Assembly (NCBI GenBank): GCA_964492195.1
Contig: CAZBJL010000002.1
Span: forward strand, 25,472-89,471
Source of the DNA: an uncultured Candidatus Saccharibacteria bacterium
GTDB taxonomy: Bacteria > Patescibacteriota > Minisyncoccia > Phycocordibacterales > DATGWK01
Length of the DNA: 64,000 bases
Direction: 5' to 3'
Numbering within the stretch: position 1 is the stretch's first letter; every line of letters starts with the position of its first letter. The position numbers and the translations under genes were made by a program. This document shows, piece by piece, positions 9,694-19,735 of this stretch. Under the pieces are notes generated by a model, which was not told the DNA's origin, did no database searches, and worked only from the letters and a program-made list of their open reading frames with translations.

Positions 9694-10920
9694 ATGTTTA
9701 AGAATTTTTTCTCAAGTTCCGCTTCTGGTGCTTCGACGGATGCCGGTATGATACACGAAATCCTCACTCGTGGCGTGGAGGAGATTTTTGTTAAGGAAAA
9801 TCTGGAAAAGCGTCTCCGATCAGGCAAAAAGCTCCGAATTAAGTTTGGAATTGATCCAACAGGCAAAAATATTCACCTCGGTAATGCAATTCCTCTTTTA
9901 AAACTCCGCGCATTTCAGAATCTTGGACACAAAGTTGTGTTGGTGGTGGGAGATTTTACAGCACAAATCGGCGACCCGTCCGACAAACTCGAAAAACGCC
10001 CAATGCTTACTGACGCGGATATTGCCCAAAACCTTATCGGATACAAAAAACAACTCGGAAAAATTATTGATTTGAAAAAAGCTGAAATCGTTCATAACAG
10101 TTCATGGCTTTCAAAACTTACATTTGAAGAAATTTGTCGCTTGGCGGAAAGTTTTTCTGTGCAACAGATGACAAATCGACGTAATTTTAAAGAGAGAATC
10201 GAAAATGGCACCGAAGTTTCGCTTCGAGAATTTCTATATCCGCTCATGCAGGGCTATGACTCCGTGATGACTCGGGCGGATGTTGAACTTGGTGGTTTCG
10301 ATCAATTGTTTAATCTAAAAGCAGGCCGAACGATTCAGAAACATTATGGAATGGTTGAGCAGGATATTGTCGCAGGCAAAATGCTTCTCGGTACTGACGG
10401 CAGAAAAATGTCGAAATCGTGGGGAAATACGATCAATGTCACCGACGAACCAAACCAAATGTTCGGCAAGGTGATGGCGATTCGAGATGAATTAATGCAG
10501 GATTATTTTTTGCTTTGCACAGATATGCCGCACGCTGATGCAGAAAAAATCGGTGCGCGAATCGAAACAGGGGAAAATCCTCGAGATCTCAAACTTGATC
10601 TCGCAGAACGAATCGTAACGTTGTACTGGGGTGTAAACGCTGCAAAAAAAGCTCGAACGGATTTCATTGAAACATTTAGTGAAAAGAAAATTCCAACAGA
10701 CATCAAAACGGTCCACGTAAATCCTGGCACGAAGCTTGTCGATGTCATTCTTTCCGAAAAACTTATTGAATCAAAAACAGAATGGCGAAGGTTGGTGGGT
10801 GAGGGAGCGGTGACTGATGCCGAAGCAGGGGTTGCTGTCACAGACGCAAACGGTGTCGCTGAAGGAAAAACATATCGGATCGGAAAGAGACGCTGGATAA
10901 AAATTGAAATAAAGAGTTAA
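9694..10920 (+). CDS. tyrS: Tyrosine--tRNA ligase
   Basis: 'GIDPTG..IHLGN', 'YPLMQGYD', 'GGFDQLFN', 'KMSKS', C-terminal S4-like domain. Confidence 0.97.
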   Translation: MFKNFFSSSASGASTDAGMIHEILTRGVEEIFVKENLEKRLRSGKKLRIKFGIDPTGKNIHLGNAIPLLKLRAFQNLGHKVVLVVGDFTAQIGDPSDKLEKRPMLTDADIAQNLIGYKKQLGKIIDLKKAEIVHNSSWLSKLTFEEICRLAESFSVQQMTNRRNFKERIENGTEVSLREFLYPLMQGYDSVMTRADVELGGFDQLFNLKAGRTIQKHYGMVEQDIVAGKMLLGTDGRKMSKSWGNTINVTDEPNQMFGKVMAIRDELMQDYFLLCTDMPHADAEKIGARIETGENPRDLKLDLAERIVTLYWGVNAAKKARTDFIETFSEKKIPTDIKTVHVNPGTKLVDVILSEKLIESKTEWRRLVGEGAVTDAEAGVAVTDANGVAEGKTYRIGKRRWIKIEIKS

Positions 10921-10921
10921 T

Positions 10922-10948
10922 AAAAACCCCGCACTCTGCGGGGTTTTT
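10922..10948. terminator. Bidirectional intrinsic terminator
   Basis: AAAAACCCCGCA-CTC-TGCGGGGTTTTT between convergent ORFs. Confidence 0.85.
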
Positions 10949-10950
10949 AA

Positions 10951-11085
10951 CTACATATCTTTTTCCTCTTCTTCTACGGGGAGATCTTCTCCTTCGACGT
11001 GCATACCACTTGCAGTGAGTTCGTCCTCACCGTCGTTGTCTAAGCCGTCGTCGTAGACTTCCATTGCATCACGCGTATCCTCCAT
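10951..11085 (-). CDS. Very acidic 44-aa microprotein (not in ORF track)
   Basis: MEDTRDAMEVYDDGLDNDGEDELTASGMHVEGEDLPVEEEEKDM; fills the gap and ends at the terminator. Confidence 0.55.
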   Translation of the reverse strand: MEDTRDAMEVYDDGLDNDGEDELTASGMHVEGEDLPVEEEEKDM

Positions 11086-11189
11086 GTTTATTTTGAAAAA
11101 ATTTACTTTTATAATTTACAAACTATGTTGCCCCCATGTTGTATCAAATTTAAAAAAACTTGGCAAGAAAAAACACATGTTTTTGTCGA

Positions 11190-11693
11190 TTATTGCTTTG
11201 CAAATTTGCTGTGACGACACGCAAGGTGAGTGAGTCCGACGGCGATTGCATCGTACTCGTCGTCTAGCTTTGGTTTTTTCTCCATCTTGATGAGCCGGGA
11301 AACCATGTCGGTGACGTGAGTTTTGTCGCTTCGGCCGTAGCCTGTGACCGCAACTTTTACTTCTATTGGTTTGTAGTAAAAAACTTCTACGGCAGAGCGC
11401 GTGGCTTCATAAATAATGACCCCGAGAGCTTGGGAAACGAGGAGGGCGGTCGTTTGGTTTTTACTAAAGAAAAGCTCTTCGATAGCGAGGGAATGAGGCG
11501 ACCATTCTTGTATGAGCTTTGAAATCGTTTCGCCTACAATACCAAGTCGTTTTTCGTGCACATTTTTTCGGTCGGTGGTGATGCAGTCAGAAAAAAGGAG
11601 AGTTGATTTGCCGTTTTCTTCTTTTATCACTGCAACGCCAAGTCTGTCATAGCCCGGGTCGATAGCGAGAACAATATGCTCGGAATGTTTCAT
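11190..11693 (-). CDS. ruvC: Holliday junction resolvase RuvC
   Basis: 'LAIDPGYDRLG', 'AIEELFF', 'VKVAVTGYG', 'DDEYDAIAVG'. Confidence 0.96.
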   Translation of the reverse strand: MKHSEHIVLAIDPGYDRLGVAVIKEENGKSTLLFSDCITTDRKNVHEKRLGIVGETISKLIQEWSPHSLAIEELFFSKNQTTALLVSQALGVIIYEATRSAVEVFYYKPIEVKVAVTGYGRSDKTHVTDMVSRLIKMEKKPKLDDEYDAIAVGLTHLACRHSKFAKQ

Positions 11694-12217
11694 TCGGCAT
11701 TAGTATACACCGCTTGAACATCGTCATTTTCTTCGAGTTCGGTGATGAGTTGGTCGAGTTTTGCTACGTCTTCGTCCGCAAGTTCCATTGTTGTGTTTGG
11801 TTTCCAGCCTTCAGCGGATTTTTCAAATGCCCACGATGCTGCGCCCATGCCGGCGAGTTCGTAGCCGTTTCGAGAAAGAATGTGTTTTATTTCTTGCACC
11901 GCTTTATTTTTGTTGTCGGTAAGTGTGTCGATGATGAGCGCGCATCCGCCGGGGCCGTAGGCTTCGTACATTGCGGACTCCATGACTGTGGAATTGTCTG
12001 TTGATTTTTTTACTGCGCGGTCGATGCTGTCGTTTGGCATATTGATAGCTCGCGCACGGTCGATGATTGCTTTGAGCGTGGGGCTATTTTTGTCGCCTCC
12101 AACTTTTTTCGCTTCGACGGTAATGAGTCGAGAAAATTTTGAAAAGGCTTTGCTTTTTTGAGCATCTGTTTTTCCTTTCTGTCTTTTGATTTGCGCCCAT
12201 TTATTATGTCCGGCCAT
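11690..12217 (-). CDS. yebC: YebC/PmpR family protein (short, 175 aa)
   Basis: 'MAGHNKWAQIKRQK', 'YEAYGPGG', 'TDNKN', 'DDVQAVYTN'; ATGA overlap with ruvC. Confidence 0.93.
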   Translation of the reverse strand: MAGHNKWAQIKRQKGKTDAQKSKAFSKFSRLITVEAKKVGGDKNSPTLKAIIDRARAINMPNDSIDRAVKKSTDNSTVMESAMYEAYGPGGCALIIDTLTDNKNKAVQEIKHILSRNGYELAGMGAASWAFEKSAEGWKPNTTMELADEDVAKLDQLITELEENDDVQAVYTNAE

Positions 12218-12340
12218 AGTGGTTTATATAGTAATGGAAGGAAAAATCGAGGGCAAGCGCGAGGAAAATATGTTGACACTGCCATGCCAATAACCGATAC
12301 TTTCCGCAGATCATCGTACACATTCAAAAAGGAGGTAAAA

Positions 12341-12808
12341 ATGTCACACACCGATTTCCCGTCAATTTGCACTGCCTCTACCCATGTGGCAGTTGTCGTG
12401 TGTGTCACGACATTTTTTGAGAGAGTGCTCAACAACGAAACGACGAGTTCAGTACCCGAAGCGGCACTTTTTGCCCTCAAGGAGCGGTTTTTCAATCCCG
12501 TCCTCGATGGAGTTCTGATCGGCCGTGGTCATGTGAAGAAGGGTGCAGATCACGGGTTTGCAATTCAAAATTACGGAATTGCGTTCCGCGTGTTCCAGGC
12601 TCTCACCCCATGTAGATCGCAGGCCCAGATCGAGAAGGACATTGAGCCGAAGATCGAGCTGTATTCGAGCCTTACCGAGAAAGCCCGCAAAGGACTGCTG
12701 AACCTGAAGGATGCGTGCACTCTCAAAGATCTCAATGAAATGCGTTTGTTTTTGCGAGAGCTCGCAAAGCAAGGAGGAGCACATCGGCTTTCGTGTGGAG
12801 GATCCTAG
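12341..12808 (+). CDS. ORFan hypothetical protein
   Basis: SD AAGGAGGT before ATG 12341; TTGACA-17-GATACT promoter upstream; terminator downstream. Confidence 0.6.
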   Translation: MSHTDFPSICTASTHVAVVVCVTTFFERVLNNETTSSVPEAALFALKERFFNPVLDGVLIGRGHVKKGADHGFAIQNYGIAFRVFQALTPCRSQAQIEKDIEPKIELYSSLTEKARKGLLNLKDACTLKDLNEMRLFLRELAKQGGAHRLSCGGS

Positions 12809-12813
12809 AAAAC

Positions 12814-12845
12814 AAAGACCGTTCGAGTGGACGGTCTTTTATTTT
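12814..12845 (+). terminator. Intrinsic terminator
   Basis: AAAGACCGTTC-GAGT-GGACGGTCTTTT. Confidence 0.7.
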
Positions 12846-12927
12846 GCTTCAATACTTTACAAACATGTTTTAATGTGATATTTATATTGCAGATCATAGA
12901 GGCAACACACAACACAGGAGGTGAATT

Positions 12928-13404
12928 TTGGAAGATCTGCTTACCAGAGAAGATCGGCACGAGAGGGAGAGGTCGATAAGTGGAGAGATGAAGGTATTCT
13001 TGGATCGCTTGAAAAATAGGGCCTTGCTTCAACACGGAGAGAGTTTGCAGATAAAGGTTGTTCCGCAGCAAGGCCCTGATATGTTTGTGTACACAACAAT
13101 TACTCCTCCGGGTCCGCTGTTAAGGACTGAAAATCCTAATTCTTACTCAAAATTTACAGGGAAGGTTCTTACCGAGGAGGACTGGACCATAATCCTCAAC
13201 CTGCCATGGCGAAAACAAGCGACGTTGGTGAGGGAACTGAAAGACAGAAAGAACAACCCACCAAAAAAGAGAGAAATTACCCTTGCTGTGGTTGGAAGCA
13301 TCAACCGCACTTTTAGGAATAATAAATCTCCCTATCGCCTCCGAGTGTCTCAACGCAGTAGGGATTCAGAAGAAGGTCACTACGCAATCGTTCATGTTTC
13401 GTGA
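12928..13404 (+). CDS. ORFan hypothetical protein
   Basis: SD AGGAGGT before TTG start; basic 158-aa ORF followed by a terminator. Confidence 0.55.
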   Translation: MEDLLTREDRHERERSISGEMKVFLDRLKNRALLQHGESLQIKVVPQQGPDMFVYTTITPPGPLLRTENPNSYSKFTGKVLTEEDWTIILNLPWRKQATLVRELKDRKNNPPKKREITLAVVGSINRTFRNNKSPYRLRVSQRSRDSEEGHYAIVHVS

Positions 13405-13409
13405 TTCCC

Positions 13410-13438
13410 AAGCCCGTCCGAAAGGTCGGGCTTTTTTT
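13410..13438 (+). terminator. Intrinsic terminator
   Basis: AAGCCCG-TCCGAAAGGT-CGGGCTTTTTTT. Confidence 0.75.
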
Positions 13439-14465
13439 ATAGCAACGCCCCTCGTTCGTGTGGTGGAGAATCGATATGTTTGTACGCAGCGTCAGTTGCA
13501 ATGCGGCCGCGGGGAGTGCGTTCGATGAAACCAATCTGTAAAAGGTACGGTTCGTTAAATTCTTCGACGGTTGCTTCTTCTTCGGAAAGGGAAGCGGAAA
13601 GGGTGTTGAGCCCAACGGGGCCGCCTTTGAATTTTTTAATAATTGTTTCGAGAATTGATCGGTCAGATTGAGTGAGACCCATTTCATCGACTCCGAGGAG
13701 ACGAAGAGCTTCGTCGACAGATTTTTTGTCGAGTGGACGTTTGTGGATCTGGGCATAGTCACGGCATCGCTTCAAAAGATAATTCGCTGTACGTGGTGTG
13801 AATCGGCTTCGTTTTGCAATTTCTTTTATTGCGCCGTCATCACTTTCTACGCCAAGAATTTTCGCCGAGCGACGAACAATTTTTTCAATTTCGGCGTCAG
13901 TGTAAAATTCGAGTCGGAAAATACCGCCAGAGAAACGACTTCGAAGCGGAGCAGAAATCATGGCGATGCGTGTTGTTGCAGCGACGAGTGTAAACGGCGC
14001 GAGCTCAAGTTGAATCGTGCGCGCTGAAGGCCCTTTACCAATAACGATATCGAGTTGGCCAGTTTCCATTGCAGGGTAGAGGACTTCCTCGATCGCTTTG
14101 TTGAGGCGATGGATTTCGTCGATGAAAAGTAGATCTCCGGGTGCGAGGTTTGTAAGGATAGATGCAAGATCGCCAACTTTTTCTATTGCAGGGCCAGACG
14201 TAACTTTTATTTGCGTGTTGGACTCTTTGGCGATGAGGTGGGCGAGCGTCGTCTTACCGAGGCCTGGCGGGCCGTAAAAAAGAATGTGTTCTGGTGGATG
14301 GTTTCGACCCTTTGCAGCAGACAGAAGAATTTTTAAATTTTCTTTTATAGAATGCTGACCAATGTATTCATCAAAATTCTGCGGACGCAGTGTGAGATCA
14401 AGAAAAGAAGTTTCTTTTTTTGTTTCTTCGGTAATCTCGTTTTCTTCGTTCTGAATTTTTGACAT
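13437..14465 (-). CDS. ruvB: Holliday junction branch migration helicase RuvB
   Basis: 'LRPQNFDEYIGQ', 'GPPGLGKTTLA', 'FIDEIHRL', 'RTPRGR'. Confidence 0.98.
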   Translation of the reverse strand: MSKIQNEENEITEETKKETSFLDLTLRPQNFDEYIGQHSIKENLKILLSAAKGRNHPPEHILFYGPPGLGKTTLAHLIAKESNTQIKVTSGPAIEKVGDLASILTNLAPGDLLFIDEIHRLNKAIEEVLYPAMETGQLDIVIGKGPSARTIQLELAPFTLVAATTRIAMISAPLRSRFSGGIFRLEFYTDAEIEKIVRRSAKILGVESDDGAIKEIAKRSRFTPRTANYLLKRCRDYAQIHKRPLDKKSVDEALRLLGVDEMGLTQSDRSILETIIKKFKGGPVGLNTLSASLSEEEATVEEFNEPYLLQIGFIERTPRGRIATDAAYKHIDSPPHERGALL

Positions 14466-14476
14466 ATTGTTTGAGT

Positions 14477-16159
14477 TTAGAAAACCGGGAGATCAAGCAC
14501 TCGCACAAGTTCTTCTATCGTCGTGACTCCGGTGAGGACTTTGAGTATTCCGTCTTGATTCATGTCGAGGATATTTTGCGCAGCTGAAGCTTTTTTTACT
14601 TCGCGTTCGCTTGGGCTATTTTCCACAACTTCTTCGATGACTGCATCGCTCAATATCGCTTCAAAGATTCCGATTCGGCCTTTGTAGCCGGTATTATGGC
14701 ATTTGTCACAGCCGGCAGCTACCCACATATTTTTTGTTTGAACTCCGTCGGTGTATGTTTTGTCAGTAATTGTTCCTAACACCATATCGACAAGCTTTCT
14801 GTCGGTGTTTTTTATTTCCGTTTCCTTTTTACAGATCGGGCAGAGCTTTCGGACGAGTCGTTGAGCCATCGCAATGCTCAAAGACGACGTAATAACTTTG
14901 GGATTTACACCGAGGTCGATGAGGCGGGGGAACGTGCCGGCTGCGTTGTTAGTGTGAAGTGTTGAAAAGACCAAATGGCCAGTGAGTGCGGCGTTAATCG
15001 CGATCTCGGCAGTTTCATTGTCGCGAATTTCACCAACCATGATGACATCAGGGTCTTGGCGGAGCGCTGAACGCAATCCTTCGAGGAAGGTGTAGCCTTT
15101 TTCGGAATCAGTTTGGGTTTGGACGATGCCGGGCAAATGATATTCGATCGGATTTTCTATGGTGATTATTTTTATTTCCGGCGAATGAATTTTTTTCATG
15201 AACGCGTAGAGTGTTGTTGTTTTTCCGGAACCTGTTGGGCCGGTATTCAAAATCATGCCGTTTGGTTTTTTGATTTCGTGTTCGAGGATTTTGAGAAGGC
15301 GCGGATGAATGCCGAGTTCTTCGAGAGGAACTGCAATGGAATCGGGGTTCAAAATTCGAAGTACAATTGTGTCGTTGTAGGCACCTGGCAAAAGGGACGT
15401 TCGGATTTCAACTTCGCTGTCTTCGTACTTGATGCTGAAGCGTCCGTCTTGCGCTTTGCCTTTTGTGTTTAGTTTTAAATTAGAAAGGAGTTTGATGCGC
15501 GACAAAAGAAGGTTGTACGTGTCTGGGTCGAGACCAATGATGTTGGTGAGGATACCGTCGAGACGATAGCGCAAACCAACGTGCATTTCTTCTGGTTCAA
15601 AATGAATGTCTGATGCTCCAGTTGAAAGTGCTCCGGCAATAATGATTTCAAAAAGGCGAGAAATTCTGTAAATCTTTTTTGAAGCCAAAATTTCTTTAAT
15701 GAGTGCGGTGATGTCTGGGATACTTTGGACTTTTTTTGTGAAATCAACAATTTCTTCGTTGGAAATAGTGAGCGCGCCGCCTTTTGTTTCAAAAGAATAT
15801 GAAAGATCTTTGTAGCGTTCCCAGACTTTTTTCAAACTTTCCATTGAAACGAGAAATAGTATCGGCTCGTAATTTCGATTTTTCAAATCCTCAATGACGT
15901 CGATTGTTGCGGGGTTTTTTGGTGACAAAATGCCGAGTCGAACTTTTTTGTCGACCATGTGAAATGGTGCCACGTTCGCAGCTCGAGCCACGTCTTCTTT
16001 AATAATACGAAGCGCATCAATGTTTACCGGATAAATCGTGAGGTCGAGGTAGGGTAGGGCGTATTTTGCCGAAAGGATTTTGGTGAGATTTTCAGCTTCG
16101 AGTTTTTTGAGCTCGTCGATCCGATCATTTTGTTTTTGCTCATCAAATTCAAGGGCCAT
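14477..16159 (-). CDS. pilB: Type IV pilus assembly ATPase (PilB/GspE family)
   Basis: 'ASDIHFEP', 'GPTGSGKTTT', 'LRQDPDVIMVGEIRD', 'TGHLVFSTLHTN', CxxC...CxxC. Confidence 0.93.
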   Translation of the reverse strand: MALEFDEQKQNDRIDELKKLEAENLTKILSAKYALPYLDLTIYPVNIDALRIIKEDVARAANVAPFHMVDKKVRLGILSPKNPATIDVIEDLKNRNYEPILFLVSMESLKKVWERYKDLSYSFETKGGALTISNEEIVDFTKKVQSIPDITALIKEILASKKIYRISRLFEIIIAGALSTGASDIHFEPEEMHVGLRYRLDGILTNIIGLDPDTYNLLLSRIKLLSNLKLNTKGKAQDGRFSIKYEDSEVEIRTSLLPGAYNDTIVLRILNPDSIAVPLEELGIHPRLLKILEHEIKKPNGMILNTGPTGSGKTTTLYAFMKKIHSPEIKIITIENPIEYHLPGIVQTQTDSEKGYTFLEGLRSALRQDPDVIMVGEIRDNETAEIAINAALTGHLVFSTLHTNNAAGTFPRLIDLGVNPKVITSSLSIAMAQRLVRKLCPICKKETEIKNTDRKLVDMVLGTITDKTYTDGVQTKNMWVAAGCDKCHNTGYKGRIGIFEAILSDAVIEEVVENSPSEREVKKASAAQNILDMNQDGILKVLTGVTTIEELVRVLDLPVF

Positions 16160-16303
16160 ATGACATAAGTATATTGTCGGAAGCCTGTTTTCACAATGAA
16201 TTGCTGGTCTGTTTTTGGCTGTTCAAGCATTTGACTAATCACTTTATTTATGATAATATAAATAGAGAGTTCCATACACAAAATTTCACTAGGGAGAATT
16301 GAT

Positions 16304-16771
16304 ATGAAGTGCCTTGCCGTATTGTTTTGTCTGATTGTTTTCTCTGTTACTGGTTGTGGCCCAAGTCATGGCTACGTCCGTACAGGGAATCATGTGCTCG
16401 TGAGCTACGACGATTCCAATACGGTTGTTGTGAAGAACAACATCGGTGGTGCGGTTCTCACAAACCTCTCCGTTGGAGGCAACACAGTTGCTTTCGAAGG
16501 TAGCGGGGGTACAATCAAGCAAATCGAGCTTACTACTGGCCAGGAAATTTCAGTCGGCCTTGGGTATACCGGTCAGTATTCAAACTGGTATATCGAGGTT
16601 AAGGCCGACGTCTACGACCTTTCCGGACAGTACCTCGGTTTGGCTGTGAAGGAGATTCCGCTCCGACACAGCTGGAATGGAAATGGCTACGGATACACCG
16701 AGCTCGTCTCGAAGCTCTGCGTCATCGACGCCTTCAAGCCGGTGCGAAGTATCGAGAAGTCAAAATATTAG
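16304..16771 (+). CDS. ORFan putative lipoprotein
   Basis: Hydrophobic signal ending in VTG-C lipobox; SD GGGAG; TTGACT-17-TAATAT promoter; downstream hairpin 16782-16831. Confidence 0.6.
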   Translation: MKCLAVLFCLIVFSVTGCGPSHGYVRTGNHVLVSYDDSNTVVVKNNIGGAVLTNLSVGGNTVAFEGSGGTIKQIELTTGQEISVGLGYTGQYSNWYIEVKADVYDLSGQYLGLAVKEIPLRHSWNGNGYGYTELVSKLCVIDAFKPVRSIEKSKY

Positions 16772-16859
16772 CTCCTTTGTGAAGCCCGTCTGGTCTCTGC
16801 TTATGTAAATGGCAGAACCAGGCGGGTTTTTTATTTGTGTCGCATGTTACAATCACCCC

Positions 16860-17303
16860 ATGAATTCCGCTCCGCTTAAAATTTCCGAGACTCAAAATAT
16901 GGCCCAAAACCTACTCCAGCGCGTGGCTAACGTTTCTCGGGCGGGAGCGCTCGTGGTCGGCCTTTTTGGCGATTTGGGTGCTGGCAAGACTACATTTATG
17001 CAGTTTTTCGGTGCTTCTCTGGGCGTAAAAGAAAAAATACTAAGCCCAACGTTTGTTATTGAAAAAATCTACAAAATTGATCATGCGGATTTTGATCACC
17101 TCATTCACATCGACGCGTATCGTCTCGAAAATTCAAAAGAATTGCTTAATTTAGGTTGGGAAGAAATCGTTGCAAATCCGCGCAATATCATTTGTGTTGA
17201 ATGGGCAGATAAAATTGCTGATTTACTTCCGCGTGGTTACGTTTCACTTCGTTTCAGCCATCACGACGAAGAAAGTCGTCGCATAACTCTCGACAATGTC
17301 TGA
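16860..17303 (+). CDS. tsaE: tRNA t6A biosynthesis ATPase TsaE
   Basis: 'GDLGAGKTT', 'SPTF', 'HIDAYRL', 'VEW'; start at ATG 16860 after an extended -10. Confidence 0.95.
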   Translation: MNSAPLKISETQNMAQNLLQRVANVSRAGALVVGLFGDLGAGKTTFMQFFGASLGVKEKILSPTFVIEKIYKIDHADFDHLIHIDAYRLENSKELLNLGWEEIVANPRNIICVEWADKIADLLPRGYVSLRFSHHDEESRRITLDNV

Positions 17304-19734
17304 AAAAACAAAAAAAAGACTCGTTTTGCTCGACTCGCACGCGATCATTCATCGGGCGTATCATGCGTTGCCAGAGTTTGCGTCTTCGAAAGGGGAGCCA
17401 ACGGGAGCGATCTACGGTCTCGTTTCGATGCTCATAAAAATAATCACGGATCTTTCTCCGGATTACATTGTTGCGGCGTACGATGTCCCATCACCGACAC
17501 ATCGACACGACGTGTACGAAGGATACAAAGCAACGCGAAAGAAAATCGACGATGCACTTATTGCTCAACTCATTCGTTCGAAAGATGTCTTTACGGCTTT
17601 GAATATTCCGATGTATGAAATCAAAGGTTTCGAAGCCGACGATATTTTGGGTACGATTGTTGAAAAACTAAAAACTGACAAAGACACTGAAATCATCATT
17701 GCCTCTGGTGACATGGACACGTTCCAACTTATTTCTGGAAAAAAAGTTCGCGTGTACACATTGCGCAAAGGTTTGACTGACACGATTACATATGACGAAG
17801 ATGCTGTGAAAGCACGTTTTGGTTTTGGTCCGGAACTTTTGCCTGACTACAAAGGTCTTCGTGGTGATCCTTCCGACAACATCATTGGTGTTCCAGGAAT
17901 TGGCGAAAAGACAGCGACAGTGTTGATTCAAAAATTCGGCACGATCGAACACATGTACGAAAAAATAAAAGCTGGTGAAAATATTGTTGACGGAGCGATT
18001 AAAGAAAGAACCGTTGAACTTCTAAAAACCAACGAAGACGAAGCTCGATTTTCCAAAATGCTCGCAACCATTCGTCTCGACGCACCGGTTGAATTTGTAT
18101 TGCCGGAAAAACACTGGCGCGAGGCGATCGAAATAGAAAAAGTAAAAAAACTTTTTAGCGAACTCGAATTCAGGTCTCTTCTTGATCGTTTGCAGAGTGT
18201 AATGAACGGTGCAGGTAAAAAAGAAACCCAACAACCAACCGAGCATAAAAAAATACCAACGAGTAAAAAAACCACTGATGCAGGGAAGGGGACGCTTACG
18301 CTTGGTGGTGAGGTTGCGGATTTACCCGCCGGTGTTACCCAGGAAGACGTCGACACCGTTGCGCTCGCACTCTGGGTTGTCGATTCTAATATTTCAAATC
18401 CTGGCATTGCGGAGATTTTAAACTACGCGAACACAGATTCTTTTGAAATTGCTAAAGAAAAAATTTATACAAAGCTGAAAGAAGGAAGAACAGAAGAGGT
18501 CTATGAAAAAATCGAATTGCCACTTCGTCCGATTGTTAAAAAGATGGAAGTGCGTGGTGTAAAAATTGATACCGACTATTTAAAAAAGCTTTCTGTTGAA
18601 TATCACACCGAGCTCGACAAGCTCCAGAAAAAAATCTGGGAATATGCTGGCGAGGAATTCAACATCAATTCACCAAAACAGATGGGCGAAATTCTTTTCG
18701 GAAAAATCCTCCTTCAAACAAAAGGTAAAAAAACAGCAAGTGGAAACCGATCTACAAAAGAATCTGAACTCGAAAAAGTTCGCGACGCTCACCCAATCGT
18801 GCCGCTTATCCTCGAATACCGCGAACTCCAAAAGCTTCTTTCAACATACATAGACAGCATTCCGGAAAAAGTTGCACCAGACGGCAGGCTCCATGCAAAA
18901 TTTATTCAGACGGGGGCAGTAACTGGTCGACTTTCTTCTCAAGATCCAAACCTTCAAAACATTCCGATCAAAAGTGAACTCGGTCAGCGAATTCGCAACG
19001 CGTTTACATCTGAAAAAGGGTTCGAGCTTGTTGCGTTTGATTATTCGCAGATCGAGCTTCGCATTGCCGCATTCATGTCTGGCGAACAAAAGCTTATCGA
19101 TATTTTCAAAAGCGGGGGAGATGTTCACACAGGTGTCGCATCTTTTGTGTTTAACGTACCGCCAGAAAAAGTCGACAAAGAAATGCGCCGCCGAGCAAAG
19201 GTTATTAATTTCGGAATTCTCTACGGTATGGGCGTGAACGCACTTCGAACAAACCTCGGAACAGACAAAGACGAAGCAAAACGTTTCCACGAAGAATATT
19301 TTAAAAATTTCAACACGTTGGCGGCATATCTCGAGCAAACTAAATACGAAGCGGGAAAAACTGGCTTCACAGAAACATTTTTTGGCCGACGACGACATTT
19401 TCCAGGTCTTCGTTCCAAACTTCCGTTTATTCGTGCATCGAGCGAACGCATGGCGATAAACGCGCCACTTCAAGGAACAAGTGCCGATATCATCAAGCTT
19501 GCGATGATCAGAGTGAATGAATATATTGAAAAAGAAAAACTCGAAGACAGTGTTTCTCTTATCCTCACAATTCACGATGAATTGGTCTATGAAATTAAAA
19601 AAGAAATCGTTGCAGACGTTCGCCAGAAAATAGTTGAAACTATGGAAAGCATCATTTTGCCTGCAGAAATAAAAGGTGTGCCGCTCGTTGTTTCAAGCGC
19701 CGTTGGAAAAAACTGGGGCGAGATGAAGAAATAA
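17296..19734 (+). CDS. polA: DNA polymerase I (5'-3' exonuclease + polymerase; 3'-5' exo domain largely absent)
   Basis: 'RAYHALP', 'EADD', 'GDPSDNIIGVPGIGEKTA', 'TGRLSSQDPNLQNIP', 'DYSQIELR', 'IHDEL'. Confidence 0.97.
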   Translation: MSEKTKKRLVLLDSHAIIHRAYHALPEFASSKGEPTGAIYGLVSMLIKIITDLSPDYIVAAYDVPSPTHRHDVYEGYKATRKKIDDALIAQLIRSKDVFTALNIPMYEIKGFEADDILGTIVEKLKTDKDTEIIIASGDMDTFQLISGKKVRVYTLRKGLTDTITYDEDAVKARFGFGPELLPDYKGLRGDPSDNIIGVPGIGEKTATVLIQKFGTIEHMYEKIKAGENIVDGAIKERTVELLKTNEDEARFSKMLATIRLDAPVEFVLPEKHWREAIEIEKVKKLFSELEFRSLLDRLQSVMNGAGKKETQQPTEHKKIPTSKKTTDAGKGTLTLGGEVADLPAGVTQEDVDTVALALWVVDSNISNPGIAEILNYANTDSFEIAKEKIYTKLKEGRTEEVYEKIELPLRPIVKKMEVRGVKIDTDYLKKLSVEYHTELDKLQKKIWEYAGEEFNINSPKQMGEILFGKILLQTKGKKTASGNRSTKESELEKVRDAHPIVPLILEYRELQKLLSTYIDSIPEKVAPDGRLHAKFIQTGAVTGRLSSQDPNLQNIPIKSELGQRIRNAFTSEKGFELVAFDYSQIELRIAAFMSGEQKLIDIFKSGGDVHTGVASFVFNVPPEKVDKEMRRRAKVINFGILYGMGVNALRTNLGTDKDEAKRFHEEYFKNFNTLAAYLEQTKYEAGKTGFTETFFGRRRHFPGLRSKLPFIRASSERMAINAPLQGTSADIIKLAMIRVNEYIEKEKLEDSVSLILTIHDELVYEIKKEIVADVRQKIVETMESIILPAEIKGVPLVVSSAVGKNWGEMKK

Positions 19735-19735
19735 T

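Noticed and set aside
18180-18500. PolA pseudogene or deletion (3'-5' exonuclease domain replaced by a linker)
   Set aside because: Frame intact with all polymerase motifs; loss of this domain is common in reduced genomes, so it is not treated as novel
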